A stretch of 63,975 nt of DNA, the filler included, from an uncultured bacterium (GTDB lineage: Bacteria > Hinthialibacterota > Hinthialibacteria > Hinthialibacterales > Hinthialibacteraceae): assembly GCA_964449065.1 (NCBI GenBank). It is 5 parts of 5 records of this genome, joined end to end, with 100 filler letters (N's around TTAATTAATTAA, not from the genome) between each part and the next. Parts side by side here need not be neighbours in the genome. Positions count along the whole stretch, not along the records: positions 1 to 13,038 come from CAYVAZ010000136.1; 4 more parts are not named here. One strand, written 5' to 3'. Each line of letters starts with the position of its first letter. Within the stretch, counting starts at the first letter, position 1. The notes beneath the pieces are model-generated. The model did not search any database, had not been told where the DNA came from, and worked only from the letters and a program-made list of their open reading frames with translations. The translations under genes were made by a program, and so were the position numbers. Of the stretch, positions 1 through 10,060 are shown in pieces.

Positions 1-55
1 CCTAGGACACCGCCCTTTCACGGCGGTAACAGGGGTTCGACTCCCCTTGGGGACG
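1..55 (+). tRNA. tRNA-Glu(TTC), 5' end cut off by the window edge
   Basis: Canonical Glu 3' part: GGAC-A-CCGCC-CTTTCAC-GGCGG-TAAC-AGGGG-TTCGACT-CCCCT-TGGGGAC-G. 4-nt variable loop; CCA not encoded. Confidence 0.93.
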
Positions 56-123
56 TTTTCCTACCCCCTTACTTCTTTTATAACACAGATCTTTTTTCCC
101 AACGATAAATCAAAAATATTGGT

Positions 124-1035
124 TCAGACATCGCAGGTTTTGACGCCATGACGGAGGGCTGCGAGTTTGTCATCCCAGGTGGGGATGAACTCTTGCGAGA
201 CATAGCCATCGTAGCCGGTTTCTAGAATCGCGCGCATAACGGCGGGGTAGTTGATTTCCTGCGTTTCGTCGATCTCTCCACGGCCGGGCACGCCGGCGGT
301 GTGGTAGTGGCCGATATAGTCTTTGTATTGATTGATGCGGCGGATGATATCGCCGTTCATGATTTGCACGTGGTATACATCGAACAGCAGTTTCATTCGT
401 GGGGAATCGACTTTTTGGATCATCTCTATGCAGAAGTCAACATCATCGCCGAAGTAGCCGGGATGGCCTTTCATGGGGTGGGTATCGTCGCGTGTATTGA
501 GGTGTTCCAGGCAAAGATTGATCCCTTTTTCTTCCGCGAGACCGATGACCTGCTTCCAGCATTCGACGCAGTTATCAGCGCCGCGCTTGTCGGTGAGCCC
601 GGGGGGGCGCATTCCGGTGAAGGTGATGACGTTGGGGCTGCCCACTTTGGCGGCGAAGTTGATGGAGTCTTTGAGGCTGTTTATACAAACCTCGTGGTTG
701 TCGCGGGTGCAGGGGCCGGTTTTAAATCCGTGGCTGCCGATCATGGCAAACTTCATGCCGCGTTTCTTTAAGGCCTCATGATGCTCTCTGCCAATATCCA
801 TGGCGGGCATACCCATTTTGTGGCAGGCGTCGATGAGGGTTTCGGCGGGCATGGGATTAAAGCACCAGGCCATGACGGATTGTTTGATGCGCCCGTTTTG
901 GATTTTGTAGTCTTCCGGCGGGATTTTGCCTTCTTGGTGCGCGCTTGCGTATAATTCATTCGTTGTGCCTAGCAAACCCGCAGCACTGAGCACAGCGGTT
1001 CCACCAATCATCTTTCTCCGAGAAATAGTACCCAT
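124..1035 (-). CDS. Hydroxypyruvate isomerase-like TIM-barrel sugar isomerase, Tat-exported
   Basis: SRRKMIG Tat motif; LEHLN, FDVYHVQIMNGD, HYHTAGVPGRGE and QEINY motifs of the Hyi/AP-endonuclease-2 family. Confidence 0.88.
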   Translation of the reverse strand: MGTISRRKMIGGTAVLSAAGLLGTTNELYASAHQEGKIPPEDYKIQNGRIKQSVMAWCFNPMPAETLIDACHKMGMPAMDIGREHHEALKKRGMKFAMIGSHGFKTGPCTRDNHEVCINSLKDSINFAAKVGSPNVITFTGMRPPGLTDKRGADNCVECWKQVIGLAEEKGINLCLEHLNTRDDTHPMKGHPGYFGDDVDFCIEMIQKVDSPRMKLLFDVYHVQIMNGDIIRRINQYKDYIGHYHTAGVPGRGEIDETQEINYPAVMRAILETGYDGYVSQEFIPTWDDKLAALRHGVKTCDV

Positions 1036-1114
1036 TTTACTTGCCTTTCTAATGATTATGAATCATGTGAATTAAGGTTAGCAACCTTGATGACCACAAA
1101 CAAATCTCGAATCT

Positions 1115-1516
1115 CTAATATACCGGCACGCTGCTGTCGACTTCTTCGGACCAGGCGTGGATGCCGCCTTCCATGGTTTTGGCGTTTTGAAAGCTGAGCC
1201 CCCACAGCTGTGTCATCACCTGTTCGCTGCGGTGGCCGTGGTGGCAAAAGACGATGACTTCTGCGTTGGGGTCGTCACTGATCTCTTTGTAGCGTGTGTG
1301 CATCTCGCCCATGGGGATGTGTAATGCTCCGTCTATTTTAGCCATTTCCACTTCTTCGTTTTCACGGACATCCACCAAAATGATGGGCTCGCCGTTATCG
1401 AGTTTTTCTTTCACGTCCCGCGGAGTGATCGCGCAGGAATCCATTTTGGGGATTTCGATCTTTTTTGCTTCAGGCTCTTTTTTGCCGCCTAACCAGGAAA
1501 ACAGTCCCATATCCAT
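1115..1516 (-). CDS. Rhodanese-like sulfurtransferase
   Basis: LVDVRE..E, FCHHGHRS active loop, GGIHAWS..VD..VPVY. Confidence 0.9.
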   Translation of the reverse strand: MDMGLFSWLGGKKEPEAKKIEIPKMDSCAITPRDVKEKLDNGEPIILVDVRENEEVEMAKIDGALHIPMGEMHTRYKEISDDPNAEVIVFCHHGHRSEQVMTQLWGLSFQNAKTMEGGIHAWSEEVDSSVPVY

Positions 1517-1656
1517 AACCTCTTTCGGGAATTTTTCTTATTGTAATACGCTTGTGTGTAAAAATAAACGGTACGCTTTCATCTTGTGTTTCGGGAAGAA
1601 CAGCTCAAAAATAGGAGTTGACGTTTGACTGATCAATTTAAATGGGGAGAAAAAAA

Positions 1657-2946
1657 ATGACGGAGAAAAAAACAGCAATCCAACGCCGGGATTTTGTGAA
1701 GTCTACCACGGCGGCGACCGCGGCGGTGACGGCCTTCAACGTATGGAACGCGCCCGAAGCCCGCGCGGTGCGGGAACTGAAAATCGGTGTGGCCGGCTGC
1801 GGCGGCCGGGGGCGCGGCGCGATGGTTAATGCTTTGCAAGCGGATGACAACTGTAAGATCGTTGCCTTGTGCGATATCTTTGAAGAAAAGTTTGACGCGG
1901 CAAAACAGGAATTGGAAAAAGCAGGCCGTTCGTCCAAAGTGGAAACCTTTTTGGGATTTAAAGCGTATCAAGAGTTGATGAAGACCGATTGTGATTATGT
2001 CATTTTGGCTACGCCTCCGTGCTACCGGCCGGAAACGCTGGAAGCGGCTATCGAGGCAGGGAAGCATGTGTTTATGGAAAAACCGGCCGCGGTGGATGCG
2101 CCCGGTATCCGCCGGATTATTGCTGCCGGCAAGAAAGCGAAAGACAAAGGGCTTTCTATTGCCGCGGGCACGCAGCGGCGCCATCAAGCCGAATACATTG
2201 AAGCCATCAAACGCATTCATGACGGCGCGATAGGGGATGTGGTCAACGCGCAGGTGTTTTGGTGCGGCGGGCCGATCGGATTTCCGGAGCGCAAGCCGGA
2301 ATGGTCGGATGTCGAATGGCAGATCCGCAGTTGGTATCATTGGCTGTGGCTGTCCGGCGACCATATTTTAGAGCAGCATGTTCACAATATGGATGTGATG
2401 AATTGGGTGATGAATGATCATCCCATAAGCGCGTTTGGTACCGGCGGACGCGGCTGGCAGGAACGCGGGGATATTTACGACCATCATGCCGTGCATTTTC
2501 AGTACGCCAATGGGATGGATGTGATGAGCATGGCCAGTCAGCACCCGCGCGAAGACGGCAGAGTGGAAGAGCGTTTTCAAGGGACAAAAGGACGCGCGCG
2601 TACGTCGCAAAACGGGCCGTGGTGGATTCAAGACGCCAAAGGCAAGACGATTTGGGAACACACCGGAAACAAGAGTTCACCCTATGTGCAAGAACACGCG
2701 GACTTAATGGACAGCATCCGCAACAACAAGGGGCTTAATGAAGCGCGCAATGTCGCCGAGAGCACCATGTCAGTGATGATGGGACGGATGGCAACTTACA
2801 CCGGTGGGGAAATTAAATGGGATGATGCGATCAACTCAAATGAGACGTTCCCGGTGTATTACGAATTTACCGATGTGGACGCGAAAGGCGCGCCGGTTCC
2901 CGGCGGGCAGCCCTACACCGGCAAAGAAGGCTGGCAGCCGGGATGA
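1657..2946 (+). CDS. Gfo/Idh/MocA family oxidoreductase, Tat-exported
   Basis: QRRDFVK Tat motif, GCGGRGRGA, GKHVFMEKP, EQHVHNMD. Start 1657 follows GGAGA; 1642 is an alternative. Confidence 0.9.
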   Translation: MTEKKTAIQRRDFVKSTTAATAAVTAFNVWNAPEARAVRELKIGVAGCGGRGRGAMVNALQADDNCKIVALCDIFEEKFDAAKQELEKAGRSSKVETFLGFKAYQELMKTDCDYVILATPPCYRPETLEAAIEAGKHVFMEKPAAVDAPGIRRIIAAGKKAKDKGLSIAAGTQRRHQAEYIEAIKRIHDGAIGDVVNAQVFWCGGPIGFPERKPEWSDVEWQIRSWYHWLWLSGDHILEQHVHNMDVMNWVMNDHPISAFGTGGRGWQERGDIYDHHAVHFQYANGMDVMSMASQHPREDGRVEERFQGTKGRARTSQNGPWWIQDAKGKTIWEHTGNKSSPYVQEHADLMDSIRNNKGLNEARNVAESTMSVMMGRMATYTGGEIKWDDAINSNETFPVYYEFTDVDAKGAPVPGGQPYTGKEGWQPG

Positions 2947-2986
2947 TGTTGAACCTATATCCTTTTACAATCTGATGATTTTCAAA

Positions 2987-3019
2987 AGAAAGGGCCGTGT
3001 AAACCGCGGCTCTTTTATT
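2987..3019. terminator. Bidirectional intrinsic terminator
   Basis: AGGGCCGTG/CGCGGCTCT stem with A- and T-tracts, between convergent genes. Confidence 0.6.
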
Positions 3020-3046
3020 ATCCCTTCATACAAAGTAAGAACTTGA

Positions 3047-3721
3047 TTACTGATTGATTCGCCCACCTGTTCGCATAAATATATCTCCAACGCTATTCAA
3101 CCCATTGGATGAATGATAAGGCAATCCCCGAATCGAGCGGTCACTGATGCCTCCCGCAAAACCATCCGGCCCTACGCCATGCAAGGCATACTCCCCCCGC
3201 TGCATCGGCGTAAATCCCAGCACCTCTGCCAACGGCATTTCCAACGCGGCCAGATTCATGTTGTTGTTGTTTGAACCGGTTCCCGGTATGTTTGGATCAA
3301 AATCCGCGTAGGTATATGTATCCGTCGGACTTCCGAATCCCCGGTCGGTTTCGTCCCGCAGTTTTCCCAAAAACGGATCAATCGGTACACTCGATAAGTA
3401 CGAAACCGGGCTGGTTAACACGCCCAAATAATGTGTTTTTTTTCGTTCACCTTCCGGAAAGTTGCCTACTCCGTTAAAGATATTTTCCAAAATATCGCGG
3501 CCTTCCGTTGTATCGTCATCCCAACCATCTATCGGCAAATGTCCCGTATCCAAACGCAGCTGCTCAATGCCCATCAAAATCGCGCGCATATCCGCTTTGC
3601 TGCGTGCCAGTTTTGCCCGTACCTGCGCGTTCAAAAAATTCGGAACCGCAATGGCCGCCAATATCCCGATGATCGCCACCACTATCAATAACTCAATTAA
3701 CGTAAATCCCCGCTTCACCAT
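3047..3721 (-). CDS. Prepilin-type N-terminal cleavage/methylation domain protein (pseudopilin-like), paralog 1
   Basis: KRG|FTLIELLIVVAIIGILAAIAVPNFLNAQ; C-terminal YHSSNGLNSVGDI. Confidence 0.9.
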   Translation of the reverse strand: MVKRGFTLIELLIVVAIIGILAAIAVPNFLNAQVRAKLARSKADMRAILMGIEQLRLDTGHLPIDGWDDDTTEGRDILENIFNGVGNFPEGERKKTHYLGVLTSPVSYLSSVPIDPFLGKLRDETDRGFGSPTDTYTYADFDPNIPGTGSNNNNMNLAALEMPLAEVLGFTPMQRGEYALHGVGPDGFAGGISDRSIRGLPYHSSNGLNSVGDIFMRTGGRINQ

Positions 3722-3949
3722 AATCCTCCTTAAAACAAGCTACCTTTAGGATTATAAAAAACGACCCGTATGTCAATATGGTATTGAAATTTATTGAAGC
3801 GCCAGAATGGGTGGAGTGGGGTGGGGTGAGGCCGTTGCGAAACTGTCAATGTACGTTCATGAGTGAAGTGTTAGCGCCGGCAGCAGGCAATAAAATAAAT
3901 GATGCATTCAATCTGATTGATCTTGATGATCTGAATTCTGTGATACATT

Positions 3950-5131
3950 TCACTGGCGGCCTGCCGGTTCCATTGAAAATAGCAGTACATACCGGTCGTC
4001 GTGGTGCCGGATGCCCAGCATGTTGATCTGGCCGAAAGAGGTAATGAGCGATGTGGATAAATGCAGGTTTTTCCCGTCAAACGGCTTGTCATCGTGATCG
4101 CGTTTCTTATAAACATGAATATCAACACGGTACTTCCCATCCTGACCGATCCCCTCTTCACATTCCACTTCAACAAAATACTCATCCCCCAGGGCTGTCC
4201 GGAAAAATCCCGGCACCGCGCTTTCCGATGCCAACACCGCTTCCGTCTCAACTTGATATACTTCCGTATGCTGCAATGAACGGATTATCCCATCCAACTT
4301 CGTGTTGGGAAAGATATCCCCCAACACACGGTTTAAATTTTCCCGGCTTTCGGCCATAAAATCGTGCTCTTTAATTTCCGTGTCCGAATCCGTGTGCTTG
4401 GCACGGCGAACATATTCGGTAATTCTCTCCGCATCCTTGCGTGTGCGCGCAAACCCTTCCACATCAAATTTTGTTTTGTGATCGTGCCGGTCCACATCCA
4501 CTTCCGTAAACAAGATATCAGGAAACCGTTTGCTATAGTCTACCAGCCATTTCGGATACTTACTGCTTGTTCTCCCTTTATCCCAACAGTGGCCGTCTAT
4601 TTCAAACTCAAACGGATAATCCTTTAATTTGGGGTGGATATCCCGTTCTACATACGCCAGCCGGTACATCACCGGGGTGTGAGATACTTTGGTGTCTTCC
4701 AACTGATCCAGAAACGCTTGAATTTGTTTGTGCTCTTCATCCGCTGCCAACACCACAAGAAGATTCTTCTTCGGATCATACTGCACGGATGCAAACGGGG
4801 CATCGCTTTGATTGCCATTGGCTTCTTCGGTGGGTTCTGTTGCGCTTGCAATCACCTCTTCTACAGGAATCTCATCCGGATACCGCAATTCATCTGTTGA
4901 AGTAATAAACCGCGAAAGAATCGTGACATATCCGGTACGAAACGATGAAGGTACGGAATACACACGAAGTTTATGGTTTGCGGGTGATTCATCTTCTTCC
5001 AGAGTGGTATTTTGTGCTTGTGCCTTACGCTCCATTGATGAAGAAAACGTATAGATCGCATAACCGGCAGCAAGGAAAAGTGTGATAAGAAAAAGAGGGA
5101 AAAATACGTTCCGCATGTCTAATATTCCCAA
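3950..5131 (-). CDS. Exported or membrane-anchored protein with a secretin N-domain-like (NolW-like) segment
   Basis: N-terminal hydrophobic helix; SVQYDPKKNLLVVLAADEEHKQIQAFLDQLE resembles the Secretin_N repeat; overlaps the upstream gene. Confidence 0.65.
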   Translation of the reverse strand: MGILDMRNVFFPLFLITLFLAAGYAIYTFSSSMERKAQAQNTTLEEDESPANHKLRVYSVPSSFRTGYVTILSRFITSTDELRYPDEIPVEEVIASATEPTEEANGNQSDAPFASVQYDPKKNLLVVLAADEEHKQIQAFLDQLEDTKVSHTPVMYRLAYVERDIHPKLKDYPFEFEIDGHCWDKGRTSSKYPKWLVDYSKRFPDILFTEVDVDRHDHKTKFDVEGFARTRKDAERITEYVRRAKHTDSDTEIKEHDFMAESRENLNRVLGDIFPNTKLDGIIRSLQHTEVYQVETEAVLASESAVPGFFRTALGDEYFVEVECEEGIGQDGKYRVDIHVYKKRDHDDKPFDGKNLHLSTSLITSFGQINMLGIRHHDDRYVLLFSMEPAGRQ

Positions 5132-5556
5132 ACGACTTGAATATCGTTCTCCAGATAGCCGTGCACCAAATATTTGGATTCATCCGGCTTATTATCCGGT
5201 TCGCTGGATATCAAGGTGGGATGATTCACTTTGGGAAACAACGCCATCAACTCAGGATCATCCACAATCCGCTGCCCCGGCGTCAAGATCGGATCGGGCC
5301 GTTCAGATGTTTTCGTTTTTACCGTGCGGTTCATTAAACTGTATCCCGAACCCAATCCGGCGAACACAATAACAATCGCCAATAGGCCCGCGTTCAGCGG
5401 CTTGCCGAATACCCGGTTCCACAGCGAACGTTTGACCCAAGCGTGTTCAAACACCTGGCGGAACTGTTGTACTTCTTGTTCGGAAATGGTGTCTTGCAGC
5501 GCGTTTTGATAGCGCTCTTCCAAATCATGCAATGTGCGTTCTTCCTGTTGTTTCAT
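5119..5556 (-). CDS. Single-pass membrane protein, putative anti-sigma factor
   Basis: One TM helix (LLAIVIVFAGLGSGY), located directly downstream of an ECF sigma. Confidence 0.6.
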   Translation of the reverse strand: MKQQEERTLHDLEERYQNALQDTISEQEVQQFRQVFEHAWVKRSLWNRVFGKPLNAGLLAIVIVFAGLGSGYSLMNRTVKTKTSERPDPILTPGQRIVDDPELMALFPKVNHPTLISSEPDNKPDESKYLVHGYLENDIQVVWEY

Positions 5557-5568
5557 ACAGCATCTCCC

Positions 5569-6114
5569 CTATGAAACACAAAATTCTGCCCGCAGCGCCT
5601 CCGTGGCGCGAAAGACTCGTGTCCGTGCGGTCTTTACGGGACAGCCCATAATGTCGGCGATTTCTTGATACTTCATTTCTTCTATGTAGCGCAGCGCGAA
5701 CGCGGTGCGGAAATGTTCCGGCATCTCCTGAATATACTGCATGATCTTATCCAGCCATTCGTTCTGTTCGGCATATTCAATCGGGATCAATTTTGCCGGA
5801 TACAGCAGTTGTTGCAGTACACCGGAATCAACATGCTGCTGCCGCTGCGCTTTGCGGATATGATCCACACACAAATGATAACAAATCGATGCCGCCCATG
5901 ATTGGAACGAAGTTCCTTCTTGATATTTGTGCAGGTTTTGAAAAATCTTAAGCCATGCTTCCTGACTGACTTCTTCCGCAATCGATTGGTTTAAGGTTGT
6001 ACGATACGCCAACCGGCGCAGAAACAGCGCGTACCGCACAAACAATTCTTTTCCGGCCGCGGCGTCGTGTTTCTTACAACGCTTTACAAGCATGTCGTCG
6101 CTTATATCCCGCAC
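5569..6114 (-). CDS. ECF RNA polymerase sigma factor
   Basis: Region 2 AEEVSQEAWLK..F.SW; region 4 MKYQEIADIMGCPVKTARTRVFRA; GTG start after GAGGG. Confidence 0.92.
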   Translation of the reverse strand: MRDISDDMLVKRCKKHDAAAGKELFVRYALFLRRLAYRTTLNQSIAEEVSQEAWLKIFQNLHKYQEGTSFQSWAASICYHLCVDHIRKAQRQQHVDSGVLQQLLYPAKLIPIEYAEQNEWLDKIMQYIQEMPEHFRTAFALRYIEEMKYQEIADIMGCPVKTARTRVFRATEALRAEFCVS

Positions 6115-6136
6115 AGTTTTCCCTCGTGTTGTATTT

Positions 6137-6376
6137 CTAGTAGACCATCAAGGTTGTTATGATGGATGAAAACTTACCAATCCACATGAAATGAATGGGA
6201 TCCGCCATTCACAAGCGTTAGCGCAGTGCCACAACCCCCTTGCATAAGGGGGTGGAGCCGTAGGCTCCAGGGGATTTTGCGTAGTTGAATGCGTGCTTCG
6301 ATCCCCCCTAGCCTCCCTTAACTAGAGGGGAAACAGCGGATAGCCAGCCGTTCTTTTTTGATTAACAGATTACCAG
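6137..6376. mobile_element. MITE-like element, family A, copy 1 (about 240 bp)
   Basis: Long near-identical match to 52347-52609. Begins CTAGTAGACCATCAAG, ends TTGATTAACAGATTACCAG; no ORF. Confidence 0.75.
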
Positions 6377-6393
6377 TGTTGTCTTTCCTTTAT

Positions 6394-6420
6394 TAAACGT
6401 TCCTATTTCCAAAACGTTCC
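6394..6420 (-). promoter_or_regulatory. Putative ECF promoter for the sigma operon
   Basis: Minus strand GGAAC-N16-CGTTTA. Confidence 0.6.
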
Positions 6421-6448
6421 TTTTATTTTATGGATTCCCTTTTTTTTC

Positions 6449-6475
6449 GGAACGCTTTGCAAAAACCATCGTTCT
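6449..6475 (+). promoter_or_regulatory. Putative ECF promoter for the efflux operon
   Basis: GGAAC-N16-CGTTCT, the same motif as the divergent copy. Confidence 0.6.
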
Positions 6476-6513
6476 AATAGTAAAGCATAACCAAAATAAA
6501 TGTGGATGGTTAC

Positions 6514-8400
6514 ATGAAATTGCCGCAATGGATATTCTGTTGTCTCCTCACACTCTCCGGTTGCGTTTTAGGGGGATGTTCCGCCAAATACCACCGCGAA
6601 TCGGTGGATAAAACCACCTACCAAACCATTCTAGAAACGCAAAAAGCGGGTCTTGGCAAAACCGAACCCTTTACCATCAATAACCCGGAAGAAGAACTCC
6701 GCCAGCGTATCATGAAAACACAGCCAATCCTCTTGTCTCACCCCGCTTCCGCCGGCACGCAATATCTCGAACCGATTGAACACTGGCCCAATGACGGCTA
6801 TTTGCAGTCTGCAACGTTCACGCAAGATGTTACCGATGAAACGCAAGTTATCATATTGGATTTGCTTGAAGCCTTGCAAGTCGCCGCCCGAAACAGCCGC
6901 GAATACCAAAGCCAAAAAGAGCAGGTGTTTCAAGAAGCTCTCAATTTGGATTTGGCGCGCGAAGAGTTCCGCACCAGTTTCTTCGCGGCGTGGAGCACCC
7001 AATACGAACTGGACCGCACCGAATCCGATGACCCCGGCGGGATTGTCACCGAAGGTATCGCAAACAACTTTTCTCCTTCTTTCAGCAAAACCTTTTTATC
7101 GGGCGCCCAGCTTACCGCCCAATTAGGATGGGATCTTGCCATGCTGCTCAGTCCCCGCGATATTTCATCCAGAGGGTTATTCGGCGACGCGTCTCTCACG
7201 ATCCCGTTATTGCGCGGGGCGGGTAGGCACATCGTCGCCGAACCCCTAACCCAAGCCCAGCGCGACATGGTCTACGCCATCTATGAATTTGAACGATTCA
7301 AACGTTCGTTCGTGGTTGATATTGCTGATCAATATCTTTCGGTTTTACAACGCTTGGATGAAGTCAACAACGCCGAACAAAATTACCGCAGCCTTATTCT
7401 ATCCGCGCGCCGCGCTCAAATGGATTTACGCCAGGGCGATATTTCTCCGGTACAGGTCGATCAAGCCTACCAGGATGAGCTCTCGGCGCGTAACAACTGG
7501 GTGAGTTCTTTGCAGGAGTTTGCCGGTGCGATGGATGCGTTCAAACTGCAACTGGGCTTACCGGTTGAAGCCAATATCGAATTGAGCCGTGAAGATTTTG
7601 ACCGTCTCGCGCAATCCTCCGAAAGCATTCTCGCGGACGCCACCACGTTCGACCGGGAAGAAGATATTCCGGCAGCCGACGCGGAAATTGTGTTGGATGA
7701 TCCCACCGGTCTGGAAGCCGGGCGCTTTGATATCAGCCCCAGAGAAGCAATCGAACTGGCGTTTCAAAACCGCCTTGATTTGCGCGTTACGCAAGGCCAA
7801 GTCTATGACGCCCAGCGCCAGGTTGTCATTGCCGCGGATGGACTGAAGACGGAGATTACTTTATTCGGCAGCGCATCGACCGGGCAGGGGCGGGGAATCG
7901 GTTCCGCCGGTCAACTCGACGCGGAAGTTTTGGACTTGGACAGCGGATTCTATACCGCACTCTTAAACATCGATCTCCCCACCGAACGCACCGCCGAAGC
8001 CATCGCCTTCCGCCGCAGCTACATCGGTCTCGAACAGTCCGTGCGTTCATTACAGGATTTAGAGGACAGCATTAAGCTGCAAATTCGCAATCATCTGCGT
8101 ACACTACAAGAAGAAAGAGAAAGTCTGCGCATTCAAGCACGTTCTGTCAATTTGGCGGAACAGCGCGTCGAAAGCACAAACCTAAACCTGCAAGCCGGGC
8201 GGATTGAAATCCGCGACCTGCTCGAAGCACAAGAAGATTTATTATCCGCCCAAAACGCCTTAACCGCGGCCATGGTCAATTTCCGCATCGCCGAACTGGA
8301 ATTGCAGCGGGATTTAGGCGTTCTCGAAGTTAACCACGAAGGCATTTGGACAGAATATAATCCGGAGGTATTAAACAATGAAACAAGAGAAATCAGGTAA
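6514..8400 (+). CDS. TolC family outer-membrane efflux lipoprotein
   Basis: Lipobox-like GGC; two OEP helical repeats (LDLLEALQVAARNSREYQ; RDLLEAQEDLLSAQNA). Confidence 0.88.
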   Translation: MKLPQWIFCCLLTLSGCVLGGCSAKYHRESVDKTTYQTILETQKAGLGKTEPFTINNPEEELRQRIMKTQPILLSHPASAGTQYLEPIEHWPNDGYLQSATFTQDVTDETQVIILDLLEALQVAARNSREYQSQKEQVFQEALNLDLAREEFRTSFFAAWSTQYELDRTESDDPGGIVTEGIANNFSPSFSKTFLSGAQLTAQLGWDLAMLLSPRDISSRGLFGDASLTIPLLRGAGRHIVAEPLTQAQRDMVYAIYEFERFKRSFVVDIADQYLSVLQRLDEVNNAEQNYRSLILSARRAQMDLRQGDISPVQVDQAYQDELSARNNWVSSLQEFAGAMDAFKLQLGLPVEANIELSREDFDRLAQSSESILADATTFDREEDIPAADAEIVLDDPTGLEAGRFDISPREAIELAFQNRLDLRVTQGQVYDAQRQVVIAADGLKTEITLFGSASTGQGRGIGSAGQLDAEVLDLDSGFYTALLNIDLPTERTAEAIAFRRSYIGLEQSVRSLQDLEDSIKLQIRNHLRTLQEERESLRIQARSVNLAEQRVESTNLNLQAGRIEIRDLLEAQEDLLSAQNALTAAMVNFRIAELELQRDLGVLEVNHEGIWTEYNPEVLNNETREIR

Positions 8401-9919
8401 AACAGGTATCCTTATAACAGTCATTATCGTTCTGGTTGCGGCAGGTTTCGGCTACGCGGCTCTGCAGCCGAACGGTACATCCAACCGAAATTATGAAGAT
8501 GCCCCTATCTTTGAAGTCAAGCAAGGCCCACTCAAAATCAGTGTGGTCGAATCCGGCACCATCCGCCCCCGCGATGAAGTCATCCTGCGCAACAACACCG
8601 ATGAAGACACCAATATCATTTCGATCGTTCCGGAAGGAACCAAAGTTAAAAAGGGAGAAATTGTAGCGAAACTGGATGCCTCGGAACAAGAAGAACGATT
8701 GGTCGAGCAGCACTTAGAGCTTCAAAACGATCAAGCCGAACTCATCAGCGCCCGTGAAAATTTAGATATCGTACGCAATCAATCCGAATCCAATATCGAT
8801 CAGGCAGAACTTCTATACCATTTTGCCCAGCAAGACTTGGTAAAATATAAAAGCGGTGAATATCCCAAACAACTGAAGGAAGCGCAAGTGGCCATTACAC
8901 TCGCTTCCCAAGAATACGCGCTGGCCAAAGAAGACCTGAAATGGTCTAAAATTCTCTTCGAGAAAAAGTATCTGGCCGAATCCGAACTCCAACAGGATGA
9001 GCTGGCCGCCAATCGCGCGGAATTGGATTTGGAATTGGCCAAAGAAGATTTGGAACTGTTGAAGAACTACACCCACATCCGTCAACTCGAACAACTCGAA
9101 AGCGATGTTAAACAAGCCCGTATGGAGTTAGAGCGTACCCGAAGCAGCGCTTCCGCCAATATAGTTGATGCCTCTTCCCGGTATTATTGGCGGCAGGAAC
9201 GGGTAGCACGTGAAACCCGACAAGTTCATGAGTTGCATGGGGAAATTCAAGCCGCTACTTTGGTTGCTCCCATTGATGGGCTGGCATTGTATGCCTCCAG
9301 CGTGTTGGAGAACTGGGATGACGATGATGACCGTATCCGGGTCGGCGCCTTGGTCGATGAAGAACGGGAAATCCTCATCATCACCGCCGCCGAAGAATAC
9401 AACGTCGATATCCTGGTACAGGAAACAGACCTGAACAAAATAAAGGAAGGATTGAACGCGGAAATCACGGTAGACGCCCTGCCCGGTTCCGGTTTCAAAG
9501 GCGTCGTTCATAATGTTTCCCCGTTGCCCAACCAAAGGCAGCAATACCTCAACCCAAATCTGAAAGTCTACAGCACCGATATCATGATTACCAGCGATTC
9601 CTCCGCCCTGCGTAACGGCATGAGTTGCAAGGTGGATATCATTGTTGAAGAATACGAAAACGTCGTATACGTTCCGGTGCAATCGGTAGTAAAAATCAAC
9701 GGGCAAACTACCGTATTCGTTCTAAAAAGCAATGGCCGGATTGAAGCGCGCCCCGTCACCATCGGTCTCGATAACAACAGCATGATTCACATTAAGGAAG
9801 GGCTTAGCAAAGGCGAACTGGTTTTGCTCACACCGCCGCTGAACTATCAAAATAACGAAGACAACCTAAACACGCCGGAAGAACAGCCGCTGCAAGACGA
9901 ACTGGCCAGCGCGCAATAA
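8378..9919 (+). CDS. Efflux periplasmic adaptor subunit (HlyD/MacA-like MFP)
   Basis: N-terminal TM, lipoyl half-motifs (VPEGTKVKKGE; APIDG), long coiled coil, VYVPVQSV...GLSKGE. Confidence 0.9.
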   Translation: MKQEKSGKTGILITVIIVLVAAGFGYAALQPNGTSNRNYEDAPIFEVKQGPLKISVVESGTIRPRDEVILRNNTDEDTNIISIVPEGTKVKKGEIVAKLDASEQEERLVEQHLELQNDQAELISARENLDIVRNQSESNIDQAELLYHFAQQDLVKYKSGEYPKQLKEAQVAITLASQEYALAKEDLKWSKILFEKKYLAESELQQDELAANRAELDLELAKEDLELLKNYTHIRQLEQLESDVKQARMELERTRSSASANIVDASSRYYWRQERVARETRQVHELHGEIQAATLVAPIDGLALYASSVLENWDDDDDRIRVGALVDEEREILIITAAEEYNVDILVQETDLNKIKEGLNAEITVDALPGSGFKGVVHNVSPLPNQRQQYLNPNLKVYSTDIMITSDSSALRNGMSCKVDIIVEEYENVVYVPVQSVVKINGQTTVFVLKSNGRIEARPVTIGLDNNSMIHIKEGLSKGELVLLTPPLNYQNNEDNLNTPEEQPLQDELASAQ

Positions 9920-10060
9920 CTTTTTCAACTGGCAGAAAATGATTCAAATGGCAGAGCAGACATCCTGACTGCCACACTTTCGGATGTGACGCGCAATCCC
10001 GTCTCACCATGTCCCTCTCCCGCCAAGAGAGGATCGTATGAAAGCATCGTGAAAAGAAAT

